DNA of 64,000 bases from Phoronis australis (taxonomy: Eukaryota; Animalia; Phoronida), in contig NMRA01000140.1 in the NCBI GenBank assembly GCA_002633005.1, positions 62,001-126,000 of the forward strand, written 5' to 3'. Shown here piece by piece: positions 52,148 through 64,000 of the stretch; position 1 is the first letter of the stretch, and each line of letters starts with the position of its first letter. The notes under the pieces are model-generated. The model was not told the origin of the DNA. It saw nothing but the letters and a program-made list of their open reading frames with translations, and did no database searches. The translations under genes and the position numbers were made by a program.

Positions 52148-52875
52148 TTTTCATGTGCCTTCATATTTATATGTGGGTGCATTATACCGTCATTCCTGTA
52201 CGTCCATAGGGTGCCTGTCCGGCGTCCACTGCTCTCCAAAAAAATTTCATGAAATTTTGTAGGTATGTTCCTTTCATGAATGGTATGGCATGAGCTAATT
52301 TTTGGACGGATCTGACAACCGGTGTGCCCCTAGTGGCAATTTCAGTTTTTTACATTTACCTCTGTATCTTCAGAGGTCCTTATCAGATTTTCATGAAATT
52401 TTGCAAATAGGTATCTATTAGTAAGATGATGCTACGTTCCTGTTTTCAGATGGATTCAACGTTTTTTGGGCCATTTAGTGGTAATTTGTACTGTTTTCGA
52501 ATCTGTTTTTTGGCGTCTGCCTCTCTATTAACCAAACTACCATATATGTTCCTACTGTAAAGAGGACAGATGACGATTTTCAGATGATTTCAACTCATTT
52601 TGTGGGGCCTCTTAGTAGTAGTTTTTGCATCCATGGCTGTATCTCCTAAACCCTCTGTAGGATTTTATTAAAATTTGGCAGGTGTGTTCCTACGCGACTG
52701 GTGACAGATGGCGACGACTTTCGGTCTTCGAACCAATCCGAATACTGCTATGCCCCCTAGTGGCAATTTTATTTTGTACATTTGCCTCTATTTTTGGAGT
52801 TCTTTAATGGATTTTCATGAATTTCGGCAAGTAGGTTTTTAGCAAGGAAGTGATGATGCCATTCTACTTTCAGAC
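52148..52875 (+). mobile_element. Helentron/DINE-like element, 3'-truncated copy
   Basis: catatttatatgtgggtgcat 5' hairpin, gtcc-type microsatellite, same core repeats. Confidence 0.62.
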
Positions 52876-53149
52876 GCCACCTTGGGGGGGGGCTTGTTAA
52901 CCACGATATTGACAAGATGTAGCCTGTCGACGAGCGTCGCTGGTAAAGAACGCAACAACGGAGGGTTGAAAGATATTTTCAGATTCGTCATATTCTTTAT
53001 TTTTGTTGATCAATTTTGACAAACATAAATTTCACTAGTCTGTCATATTGTGTGCTAAATAGGTGAAGAATTGCCATGGTAACCCCGTCAGTGAATTGAA
53101 ACCACAAGTCATAAAACACATGGCTTTCTGTGATTTTATAAGTCTCGTC

Positions 53150-53214
53150 AGCACACAGCCTACCCTTGAACAACTTGCACTAGTGCAACTTACCCCACTT
53201 TCGAGTGGAGCGTC

Positions 53215-53246
<32 letters not shown>

Positions 53247-53743
53247 CACACACACGCACACACACACACACACACATCCGATAACTAATGTAAGGCGGAA
53301 GTTATCGCTCAGTGCATGGCAATGAACACCTTATGCGAGTACGACACGGTTCTTCCGCCATACCCCACATTTGTGGGCACAGCGATTTCAAGTGGCGCAA
53401 GTTACCCTAGATTAAGTTTATCCTGGAACGAGTTGTTGCTAGGTTTGAGTGCTGTCTGGACGCTAATCAAAGTAGTGCAATTTACCCCACTTGTGACATC
53501 TTACTCCATATTATCGAGGTGGGGTAACCTGTTCTAGGGTAACTTGCGCCACTTGTAATCGCTGTGTGGCCACAAAAGTGGGGTAGGGCAGAAGTGATTA
53601 CCTGCTGCGACTACATACAGACGGGTTTTCTCTTGCACTCCATATTGGCATTAGGTGTTTATTGTCCATGCACACTGGCAACTTCCGCCTTACCCCAGTT
53701 ATCGGATATGTGTGTGAGTGTATGTCTGTGTGTGTGTGTGTGT

Positions 53744-53787
<44 letters not shown>

Positions 53788-53853
53788 GGACGTTCCACTT
53801 AAAAGTGGGACCAGTCGCACTTGTGCAAGTTGTTCTAGGGAAGGCTGTGTGTG
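53150..53853. mobile_element. ~700-bp foldback element with (CA)n/(TG)n inside its arms
   Basis: cacacagcc..gaacaacttgcac..(CA)n..atccgataact..gtaaggcggaagtt mirrored by aacttccgccttac..agttatcggat..(TG)n..gtgcaagttgttc..ggctgtgtg; inner arms agtggcgcaagttaccctaga / tctagggtaacttgcgccact. Confidence 0.8.
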
Positions 53854-54768
53854 GAGGGGACTCAAACCTAGGGACAACTTGTTTGAGGAGTAACTTGTTC
53901 TAGGGTAAGTATGTGTGTGGACGGCACTATAGAAAGGTAAATTACCATGATCACACATTTCAGATTTCACTCTCATCAGCATATGCAGTTACATGAAGCG
54001 CGATTGGTTACCCTCTTTGTGTAGTACAAAGTAACAATACAGGCCTACAACTTCACAATAGCTACTAACCTCTAGGTTCAGCTGACTGGCACCCCCCACA
54101 AATCATGCTGGGGAGTTTCTTTGTAAAGTAAACTACCTAAGTTGACTGACTGGATACTCCAGAGATTTTGGTTGGTGGCATGCATGCCTCCCAGTGTGAA
54201 AAAAACAAAACAAAACAAATACAAAAAATCTGTTATGAACATTAATTTACAATAGTGAGAATTTCTTGCCTGGATGCCACCTCCCATTAAGGTTGATAAT
54301 TAGCAAGTAATGATTGAACAAGGGTATTTAAGCAGACAATAAGTGGCAAGCAGTCATTAACAGTGTTACCTGAGAGAGGTAGGTTGTCTTGTGTACTACA
54401 TTGGCTGCTCTTAAGCATATGGCATAATATGAATGTATAGATGTGACCAGTGTCTTAGCAAGTTTGTGTCACTGGGGAAACAAAGAAAAGATTAGTTGGC
54501 TGTGCCTATCTTTGATTTGATTTGATTTGATTAGGAAGAGACCAAGTGACATACATTTTTGCAAAATCGAGTTGTGCATTTTTTCCGCAAAGCTGTTGCT
54601 CGAGTGAACACAGCAACAATGAACTGTGAACCTTATGTACTGTATATCATGAAAGTAAATAGGCTCTCAAGCGTTGTCAATAGTAACATGTCATGGTGCG
54701 CTGGCGCAAGTTTCCAAGACAATGATTTTATGAAAATGGAATGTTATTCTTTTTAAGTCAGATCTCAC

Positions 54769-54920
54769 TAAAGGCCTGTTCATGCGAGTCCTGTGCAGAA
54801 TTTTCCAGATTTTTTCCGGAAACATAGCCACCAATTCTGAAATTTTTGCATTCATGCAATAAGTTTTCAAGATTTTGGAAAAAAATCCGCAGAAAAGCCT
54901 TGCATATGAACATGCCTTTA
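54769..54920. mobile_element. Short MITE (Harbinger/Tourist-like ends)
   Basis: taaaggcctgttcat ... atgaacatgccttta inverted termini. Confidence 0.45.
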
Positions 54921-55663
54921 AAATGCTATCATGGTTTGCTTTAAAAACTCAGTTCTTTACAGATCACAAGACATTTTTTTGACTACAGGAGAACTACAGA
55001 ACTACGTTGCACACAGCCCATTGTTGTAGACTGTGCTGAGTGCATAAGCGACCTAATCGCGGTTCTTAGCAGACTTTTCTTGGCAGATCAAGTTCAGGTT
55101 CCCACATTCTCCTTTTGAAATCATCAGATTCCCCGTCAGTAATAGTCGATTCATTTTACTTGAATACTTGATTGTTTCTAATACCTTGGTCACTTTTTAT
55201 TGCAGATTTTTTCCATTACATTTTTCTTTTCTTCGCGTATTTCAAAAATATCTGTGAGGCAATTATGCAATTTAGATGGACAAAAAATAAATTCTTAATG
55301 TTAATTTTTTGACACGAGGCAAGTTTATAGCAACTTTTGGTTGATCAGTATTCACCAAGAGTTTTTTCAAACTTCATCCTTTTCCTAATTAACTGTTTTT
55401 GCTGTTTGCTTCCAGGGGTATCATCATCTCATTGGCCAGTTCCAGTCCCATGCCTGTAGCTTTGATGTCAATGACAACACTTAGCTTAACAACAAGCTCC
55501 AGGTGTAGTTAACCACATGTGTGGAAACCAAACAGTGTCTGATTGGCCTATGATCACAATAAGTCTGTAGAAGGCATCTTCCAGACAACATTAGGCAAGC
55601 CAGATTGAGGTGATTTGTGAACAGCGTGTCCAAGAAGTGGATTGACTTAGATCGCATTCCATT

Positions 55664-55922
55664 ATGAATGTGTGGAGGACTCTGATGGCAGTGCATTTGG
55701 TAGTGCTTAGTGTATCACTGTTAGCGGCACGCCCCGCACACAAGGGGAAGGGCAAGAAACGAAAGCCAAAGCTAAAGAAACTGAAGAACCAGCTTGTGAA
55801 GCTGTTGAAAAGAATAGACAAGGAAACCAGCTTGAGCTTAATAATTGCACAAATAAGAGATGAAGATCCAAAAACAAACAGAGATAGTTTAATAGGAACT
55901 AAAGTGGATCAGAAACAGTCAG
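55664..55922 (+). CDS. Probable first coding exon of an unidentified secreted or membrane protein
   Basis: ATG, then a hydrophobic signal-peptide-like segment (MNVWRTLMAVHLVVLSVSLLAA) and a Lys-rich stretch. The ORF runs into a consensus CAG|GTAAGT donor (phase 1). Upstream acceptor tgtttgcttccAG at 55415 suggests exon 55416..55922. Confidence 0.62.
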
Positions 55923-58596
55923 GTAAGTCATAATCTCGTGAAATACTGCTATGGTCAAATTGCTCCAATTTAGGACACAATATGGCTGACAAGTGAAATT
56001 TTATTTCATTATTCAGGAAGTAAAAGAGCACCACATTTTAAAGTTCTATACCGAAGATATCAAAAGACAATGTTTTGAGAAACTTGGCTTTCACAACAAG
56101 GTTAGACGGTTTTGAAAAATGAAAAAAAGATAATTTGGCAATTATTTTGTCCGAAATTGGTGAAATTGACTAACTCGGATCTATTGTTCCCCATGGTAGT
56201 CTGCTACAAAACATCTGGACTTGTGAACATCACATCAGCAAATACCATGGCATTGAATGTTTATGTTCTTTACTGTGGCAACAATTAGTATCAATTAAGT
56301 TTTGTAATGTAATTGATAGGTAGTTGTGTATTGCGTACTAACACACTTTTGTGATAATCCTACTGTGTGGTGTAAACTATACTACAATATGATAGAACAA
56401 TTGACTCATCACTATACTCAGATTTAAAATGTTGAACCTGGATTGTTTGTTTTGACATCCTTCAGAAATAGTCTGTCACATGAGTGCCCATAATCACTAT
56501 GTACTTCAAACACTTTTTGTTAACACTAATATCTCACTACTTCCTGCAATAATATCCAAGAAATTGCCAATGGACCCTCAGGAGAAACTTACCTGAGAAT
56601 CGGTGTCAATAGTGAGGTGGTTAGGATCTTTACAGGAATGTTGGTGCGAGACTTTCATGAACAATCCATCCAAATGCAATGTGGCCAGCAAACCCCGGTA
56701 TTGATAAGATCCCGTTTTCAAGCACTGCCAATAAACAACGTAGTAACCACGTAGCGTTGGAAAATACTCTCAGATTCGTTGCTAGCATAAAAGTCGGTTA
56801 AGGATGGTTTTTAGACGAAAAAGTTCACCCACAAATGGTAGTTTTTATATCGATGTAACGAGTGTAGAGTAGAAGTAGTTTGTTGTGTCATTGCCTTGAA
56901 ATCTCAAGTCATGTGACTCTTGTGCTCTGTTTCATGGAGTGCAACTTTAAGTCAGAAATGTGGTTTTGCACTCCACACAATGATTTCAGAAAATAATTAA
57001 ATTTCACTTGAGCTAAAGTGCAAAGTCTTTGAGAATATACAAGTAATTGCTAGTTACTGAGATAATTTTCACAATTACGTCTAGACCGTGACGCTTTCGT
57101 AACTATTTGGCTAAACCTTTTTTTGCAATTGTGAAATGTGAAAGTAGACCAAATAATCTTCAGTCTTACATGAAACAGGCCTTAGGCCTTGTGTCATTTT
57201 GTTCTAAGAGAATTATTTATTTCACTTTCATGAACATCCCTAATTGTGAACAAAAACCAGGAAAGGAAATTGTTTTACTAGCACTTCAAATTGAGCCAAA
57301 AATGATTGAACAACCTTACTGAATGCTCATTCAAGCACTGCCAGCATGCGCGTCTCCATGTCATATGATTGCCTCCATTTAAAACACAAAAAATAAGAAC
57401 ACATGTCAATTTCTTGGTTATGGATTCAAACTGAACCTGACTCGCCAGTAATCAAGATTTAATTATCAGAATACTTGTCACTCGAAAAATTCACGCCTTA
57501 CGGTCTGCATAGTTTGCTTCAAAACCTGGGCACTGTTACACAAAACAATGAGTTGTAAATGCCTTACTTTTACCTATGGCAACTTTGTGTCTTGGAATGC
57601 CATTGACACTCCTTGTCATTCCTAAGCAACTGGCAACAGTTGTAACAAAGTCAACATTTAATAAAGCTTAAAATGAATCATATAACTGTGTTCATTATAC
57701 GGTTGTTACTCTACTCAGGTGTTCTATCAAAGTACAGTTGAAAAATGCTTTTCTTTGTTTACTCACTACAAGAAATTGACTGCTATTATATTTATTTTAT
57801 TTATTCATAAAAGGAAATGAGACCACACATTGGGCACAATACAATGAGACACCTGGCTTCATGGACACCAACCACTTACCAGCAATTAGCGTGGTTTTTT
57901 GGTCTGCAGTTAAACACTCATTGTTTGGGAATAATGCAGCAGGAAGGTGACCACTTCTGGCACCATATGAATAACACATTACACACATTTACCAATCTCT
58001 GGTCTTCAAACATCACTCTTGAAGCTGTTAATAATAATTTAGTTTGTTCTAACAAATGGTCTATTGTTTAGTTAAGCATAGTAGGCAAAGGGCAGGCAGG
58101 GCCAGGACACTTGCCTCGCTGATTAGGACAAATTTGGTTAAAACCTTAGCCAAAACAATAAAATTTTCAGGCAAAGTATTTTTGTCCCTAAATCTTAAAA
58201 CTTAAATAACTTTAGATTTGGTTAATGCTCAAGGGTCTCATTTCTTATGAAAGTGACTCAATAGTGAGGAGAAATTTGTTCCCACTTGTCAGTTGCTGAA
58301 TAAGGTTTAGCCAATGAGTGCATTGCAGCCCAGAAATAATTTCTAGAAATTATCTCTGTAACTAACAGCTATGCGTATTTTCTCAGAGACTTTAGACTTT
58401 TCCTCATGCGAGATTTAGTTATTTTTCAGAAAAAATGTGTGGAACGCAAGACCAAATTTCTGACTTAGGTCTCAAGTCAATTTCATGTAAAGACCCCAGG
58501 AAGCCTAATAAAGTTAAGAAAATAGAAGCGTTATCAGTATTTATTTTGATCCTCATCAATGCTGACTACTGCTTCCTATTTCATTTCACACTCTAG

Positions 58597-58608
58597 AAAC
58601 ACAAGGAG
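58597..58608 (+). CDS. Candidate 12-nt microexon ((E)TQG) of the downstream gene, phase 1-1
   Basis: gctgac branch-like site, tgcttcctatttcatttcacactctAG acceptor, GAG|GTgaga donor; phase matches the 55922 donor. Confidence 0.45.
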
Positions 58609-61600
58609 GTGAGACATATTGTACAATGCATTGTTTAATAGTGTTTTAGTGCCTTTGAAAAGTATAATGTAATAACAATCTTTCAGAAAGGTTCTATAAT
58701 TTGAGCAGTTCGAAGGGATTTGTTCACCAGTTGCAGCACAAGACAACATCGGTAAAGCATTCCTGGTAAAGGAAGTCAGTTACTGAAGGGGTCTAAAGCC
58801 AATGAATCCCTAGAAAGTTTTCTTTGTTTTAAAATAACCAAATGCTTTGAAACTTCATCTACCTGGTAATGACCCAGGCACCGATAAAACACCATCAAGA
58901 ACTATCCTGCTATCAATCTGACAAAATATTGACACAACTGAAAATCAAGTTAAACCTGTCATTGAGTTGGGTATTTGCATAGCAGTACACAAGTACCGAA
59001 TGTCGTACAACTGAGAAGCTGTGAATTTTTCTAGAAAATACACAGACATTAATTGTACTTGCTCATGCTTTGAGGGAGGAAGCCAATACTCTTCTGGTTA
59101 TTGTACTCAAAATTGAATTGCCATTTATTATTGTATGTCTTGATAGTGGGTTCACATGACAGCCTTGATCTCAGGCTAATTGACAGGGTCGTGAAGTAAT
59201 AATGGTGTTTCTGTCGTTCTCCTGCATCTTGTTTTTGTGTTCTATTTCACTGTACTGGGACAATAATGATTGATAAAATTCCAAGACTTACTGCATCACT
59301 AAAATGCTAAAAAATATTTATGAAATATTGTTTGGGGTCTGCATTCCTATAGGAACCATGGTATGCACAAAGTAAAGGATTATTGAAGGTTAGTTTTTTA
59401 AAAAAAGACAAATTCCTCTTCTCTGCCATTTCATCCTAACCTGAAAGATTGGCTCAAATTCGACATTGGTCTGAGTTGGTACAAATCCAGATCTATGATG
59501 TCGTAAGGGAGCCCAACCACAATGATGTATGCTTAGTACCAAAACTGGTGTGCCGACAAAATTGTTGGTCATGTTTATAGGTCCCCACCTAATCTGCCTA
59601 TAGCATGGACTTGCCCTTTTATTTTATTTACGGAAAAGTCTTCATTCCACCATCAAATCTAGTAGAGGAAAACTCAAAACTTTACAAAGTTAATTTTATG
59701 GGCCCAGATTGTACACAGCCCCAAAATGTGAATGCTCAGCTAGCTTTGTAATTGAGTTTGTGTATCCTGCTGACTGGCCCAACATATAGCAGACAGCAAT
59801 TAGCCTGTCCAGCTTTGCTGAGCATAGTTTAACAGTGGTTCATGACTTCCTGATGCTGAGTGTGATGAACCATGGCTAATGAAGTGCACAACTCTTACCC
59901 TGAAATTTACCAGCAGTGAGTGCAGAATGGATTGTACTGAAGGGAATTGTGCATTGGTGTGGGCACAAATTATGTCAAGAGGGACAACTAATGATGGAGG
60001 TTTGTTTTATCCAGAGAATATTAACAGAATTAATTGTACACAGCAGCTGAATAGCAGTTACATGAAATGTCTTGCCAATCATGGTGCAGGTGTTGCGTGG
60101 GCACTGCCCGTCTAATTTGTAAATTCGCGAACAACTATTCTGAATATTCAGGAAAGAACTACATTCCCAGAATTCTATAAGTTAATGTAAGAGCTCTCTC
60201 AGTCTCACAGGAGTTAAAGTTGAGCGCTGGTACACTGTCAATCACAATTTTCAGCTGAGTTATGAAAGAAGAGCAATGTGTTCTTGGAGGAAAATTCTTG
60301 TAAATAATTAAACCTTAATTTAGAAATAATTTTAACAAAATGACAAGTTGCAGACTGCGGTAGGCGTTAGACCAAATAATGTAAGAGTGATTTACGTGTT
60401 GAAACAATTTAATGCAATTTGTAATCATGTCTAACAACAATCAGTCCCAAGTTGAACATGGCGACTGTTGAGCGTGTCAGTCAAATTTGCTCCTCATTGA
60501 CTCTTTACCAACCTATATTTTGGGTCAGTTCAGAAGTTTTGTTAAAAGCTAACTGAAACAAAATTATAACAAAATTATTTTACAAACACCAATTGAACTT
60601 TGAAGCTTTTCTCAAGTTATTCACGAGGACATATTTCAGCAGAATTCTTAGAATGAACTTTGAAGACTGGTTTGTAAATTGTGTATGATGCTTGCTGAGA
60701 TAATACTTGAGATAACTGCGACATTTCATTATTTGGCTTGTAGACAATTGATACTCAGATTTTATTTGTACTTAACAAAGAGGATGTAATTGTTTCCAGA
60801 AGTTAATGATTTTCCAAGCCCCACAAAAGCTTGCATTTGCAATGGACACAGTTTCTCCTGATGTAATAGTAACTGAATTCAGTCCTGCAACTGAACATTC
60901 CAATCTCACCCATGTCTCACGGACCAATCTCTTCAGTGGCTGTCATTTGATAAGCATGGGGTACTGAAATAGTGAACCGATTCAGAAACACTTGCGCCTT
61001 CCAGTTGCATGTTCTCGGGTTTTCTTTTCTTTCTTTTCTTCTGTGAGTGAGTGGGTTCATAGAAGATGTTGGGCAGTGTGGTGTCATTAAAAATTCCAAG
61101 GCGCATACTTTTTCCATTTCAGTGCTCACTGACCTCCTTGTGTGGAAACTACCATACAGTTCCAATTTTTAACAATTAGGTAATGTTTCAGCTACATCCC
61201 TTGACAATATACAAGGCACTGGGAAATAAAGACAACATAGTAGTGTGTCACCTGAATGCCTTTATCAAATTAATTGGCATAAGCTAGATTAATTAAGATC
61301 TCTTGGAGGGTGATCAACCTCCCTGAGGCTGATCAACCTCCTGTGGTCTTTAAGAACCAAATTTATAGATCATGTGACCTCCCTGGAAATCCTGCACATT
61401 CCTTAGAGTTACTCGACTGACAGAAGTGTACAGAATCCCTAGAGATTAACTGGTTGATGAGATGTAAAGCCAACTGACAGATTGCAATTACAAGACAAGT
61501 CAGACACAATGCGTGTGAGAAGCTGAAGCATGCTAACTAACCACATAGAAATGATAATTAGATAATTGCACTCAACACTTACTTTCATCCTAAATGATGC

Positions 61601-64000
61601 ATTGTTTCAATCGGAAATAGAAAACACAAGTTAAGTCATGTGTGAAGTCCTTGTTGGGTTATATCTATTCTTTGCTGGAGGTCCGTTTGAGTGAAATATT
61701 TGGGAGAAGTCATTCCCACAAGACATTACATTGTAACTATCTAACCTGCTGGAAGTCTCAAAAGCAGAATTTATATTAAGTTCTTCCCTATATCCTCAAC
61801 AATACGTACACATCTTTGTTGATTTATTATCACTGTATAGTATTTCTCACGCCACACCAATTAACAACCTTGCTGAAACTCTGAAGTACAACACCCCAAA
61901 ACGCCAATAGTTGGTATCCTGTAATTTTGACCAATTCACAAACTTGCCAGCATTTTTCCTTGCACCAAGTTCCCATTGTTTTTACTTGTTAACTTCCTGT
62001 ATTTAGATTTCTAGCAATAACACGAGTAGCTCTTCTTCTGAAAATAAGCGTAGGTGTAAAAGCGCGTTTGGGGTAATACCAAAGGCGGTGGAGGTGGGAG
62101 ACGGGGGCTTTTAGCTCCCCACATTTTGTCAGGTGCTGTTTACATTTTTACGTTGCAAGTCATTTCAGACATGCTTCCTGTATCAAAAAATCAGCCTATC
62201 ATTTCCCTAGCAATATCTTGATGTTTTATAACAAACCTTTTTTGTTAAAATGGAAGTATCAAACCACACAGAAGGTAAATGAACTCAACTCACACAAGCA
62301 GTTTGATGTTTCTCTCTAGAAAATTTGCGGAATGCCTGTGCTAAACTCAACAGTCTTAATGTTCCAAGCTAATCACAGAAGAATAAACCGTCTATGTTTA
62401 TATTTAAGGTGAGTGTAGGTGATAAAATTCCCCATCGCTCATTCTTTTAGAAGGCTAACACTGAGGCAGATATGCACATGGGTTGCAAGTATTGTGAAGA
62501 ACATGTGCTCTCCTCCACAATAACTTGTTTTTGCCACATGTAACACGTGTTATGTTTAGAGAACTGCTTGGACCCACCAGACACATGCCTCTATTCAAAT
62601 CAAGACGAGAGCTTGAAAATGTCAATTGAACAGTTTTCCTGAATTAAAACTACATAGGTAATTGTGTGATCACTTGAGCATGAAATGATATTTTTTCTGT
62701 ATGGAATTTTATTAATTTCACTTTCCTGTGTTCTTTGTCTCAACAAATTCCTCGCTTAAAGTTTTCAAATCATGGAAAGTTTTTCTAGTTTTGGACCAAA
62801 TTTACTGAATTCTTGTTGCAATATTCAGAACATACTTTTTTAAATTTGAAGGCATAATAAAAACACAAATGGAGAGAACAGTTCACATCATTAGAGCATT
62901 CCCCCACAACTGATTTTTAATGAAAACCAAAGAAAAACATTTACAGTTGTAAGTTTGCATGGCCCCTCTGGTAGTATATAACCAAGGCTTGTCTTTAACA
63001 TTCCAAGAGAACAGCCCACTTCTGCAGTGTGTATTTAGTCAGAGACATAAATCAAGGATAGAAATCACATCCTGTCAGTATCTAATTCACTGATGCAGTA
63101 CAGGCCTCATTCATCACACAAGGTGGAAACTCTCATTAGCTACAGTGGCTCGAAAGGAAAACTGGAATATTCTAGTAGTGATTTCTTGTCAACATTTCGT
63201 ATTATCATGGTGCTCACATTCAAATTTCACTGCATTCNNNNNNNNNNNNNNNNNNNNNNNNNNNNNNNNNNNNNNNNNNNNNNNNNNNNNNNNNNNNNNN
63301 NNNNNNNNNNNNNNNNNNNNNNNNNNNNNNNNNNNNNNNNNNNNNNNNNNNNNNNNNNNNNNNNNNNNNNNNNNNNNNNNNNNNNNNNNNNNNNNNNNNN
63401 NNNNNNNNNNNNNNNNNNNNNNNNNNNNNNNNNNNNNNNNNNNNNNNNNNNNNNNNNNNNNNNNNNNNNNNNNNNNNNNNNNNNNNNNNNNNNNNNNNNN
63501 NNNNNNNNNNNNNNNNNNNNNNNNNNNNNNNNNNNNNNNNNNNNNNNNNNNNNNNNNNNNNNNNNNNNNNNNNNNNNNNNNNNNNNNNNNNNNNNNNNNN
63601 NNNNNNNNNNNNNNNNNNNNNNNNNNNNNNNNNNNNNNNNNNNNNNNNNNNNNNNNNNNNNNNNNNNNNNNNNNNNNNNNNNNNNNNNNNNNNNNNNNNN
63701 NNNNNNNNNNNNNNNNNNNNNNNNNNNNNNNNNNNNNNNNNNNNNNNNNNNNNNNNNNNNNCTTTTTGCCAGGGTATTAAGTTAGAGTGGCAATAAACTC
63801 TGTTCCATCCAAGAAACTATCTGTTAATTTAGACTACTTTCCTGTCAAATTGGTGTCAACCTGTTCCTTACCAAGATGCGACCATCCTCAGGGAATAAAA
63901 TGACTTGCCTTACTATTCAACTTGTACAGCCTGATCTGAATTAAAAAACTGCCAGTACATTGCAAACCCAGAAATCACCCGTTTTGACGAGACCAAGTTT

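Noticed and set aside
53035-53982. CV/HT-repeat ORFs (also 20965-21159)
   Set aside because: These are translations of (CA)n/(TG)n microsatellites.
56466-56597. Plus-strand second exon of the secreted protein (open ~43 codons after ccttcAG)
   Set aside because: The peptide is featureless and the composition is intron-like; a chance open frame is as likely.

Overview
Eukaryotic (animal, invertebrate-looking), AT-rich genomic DNA with three assembly gaps (26661-26982, 41722-42505, 63238-63761). Most six-frame ORFs are noise. The main gene is a + strand p90 ribosomal S6 kinase (RSK/RPS6KA family). I traced 18 coding exons by hand from 6382 to the stop at 43404; all have GT-AG introns, phases are consistent, and they total 2115 nt (704 aa plus stop). 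The start exon was not found and probably lies upstream. A second + strand gene probably begins near 55.4-55.9 kb (signal peptide, very basic N-terminus). Introns hold many non-autonomous transposons: two inverted, internally deleted Kolobok-type elements (TTAA TSD, THAP transposase and KolX-like remnants), a Helentron/DINE-like family carrying CTCF-like motifs, a Penelope-derived palindrome, MITEs and a foldback element. Most unusual: three independent tandem duplications that each copy a real RSK splice site, creating decoy donors or acceptors that would introduce premature stops, and two frame-preserving candidate microexons (21 and 12 nt) with UGC-containing acceptors. All calls are from reading the sequence; no database searches were run.
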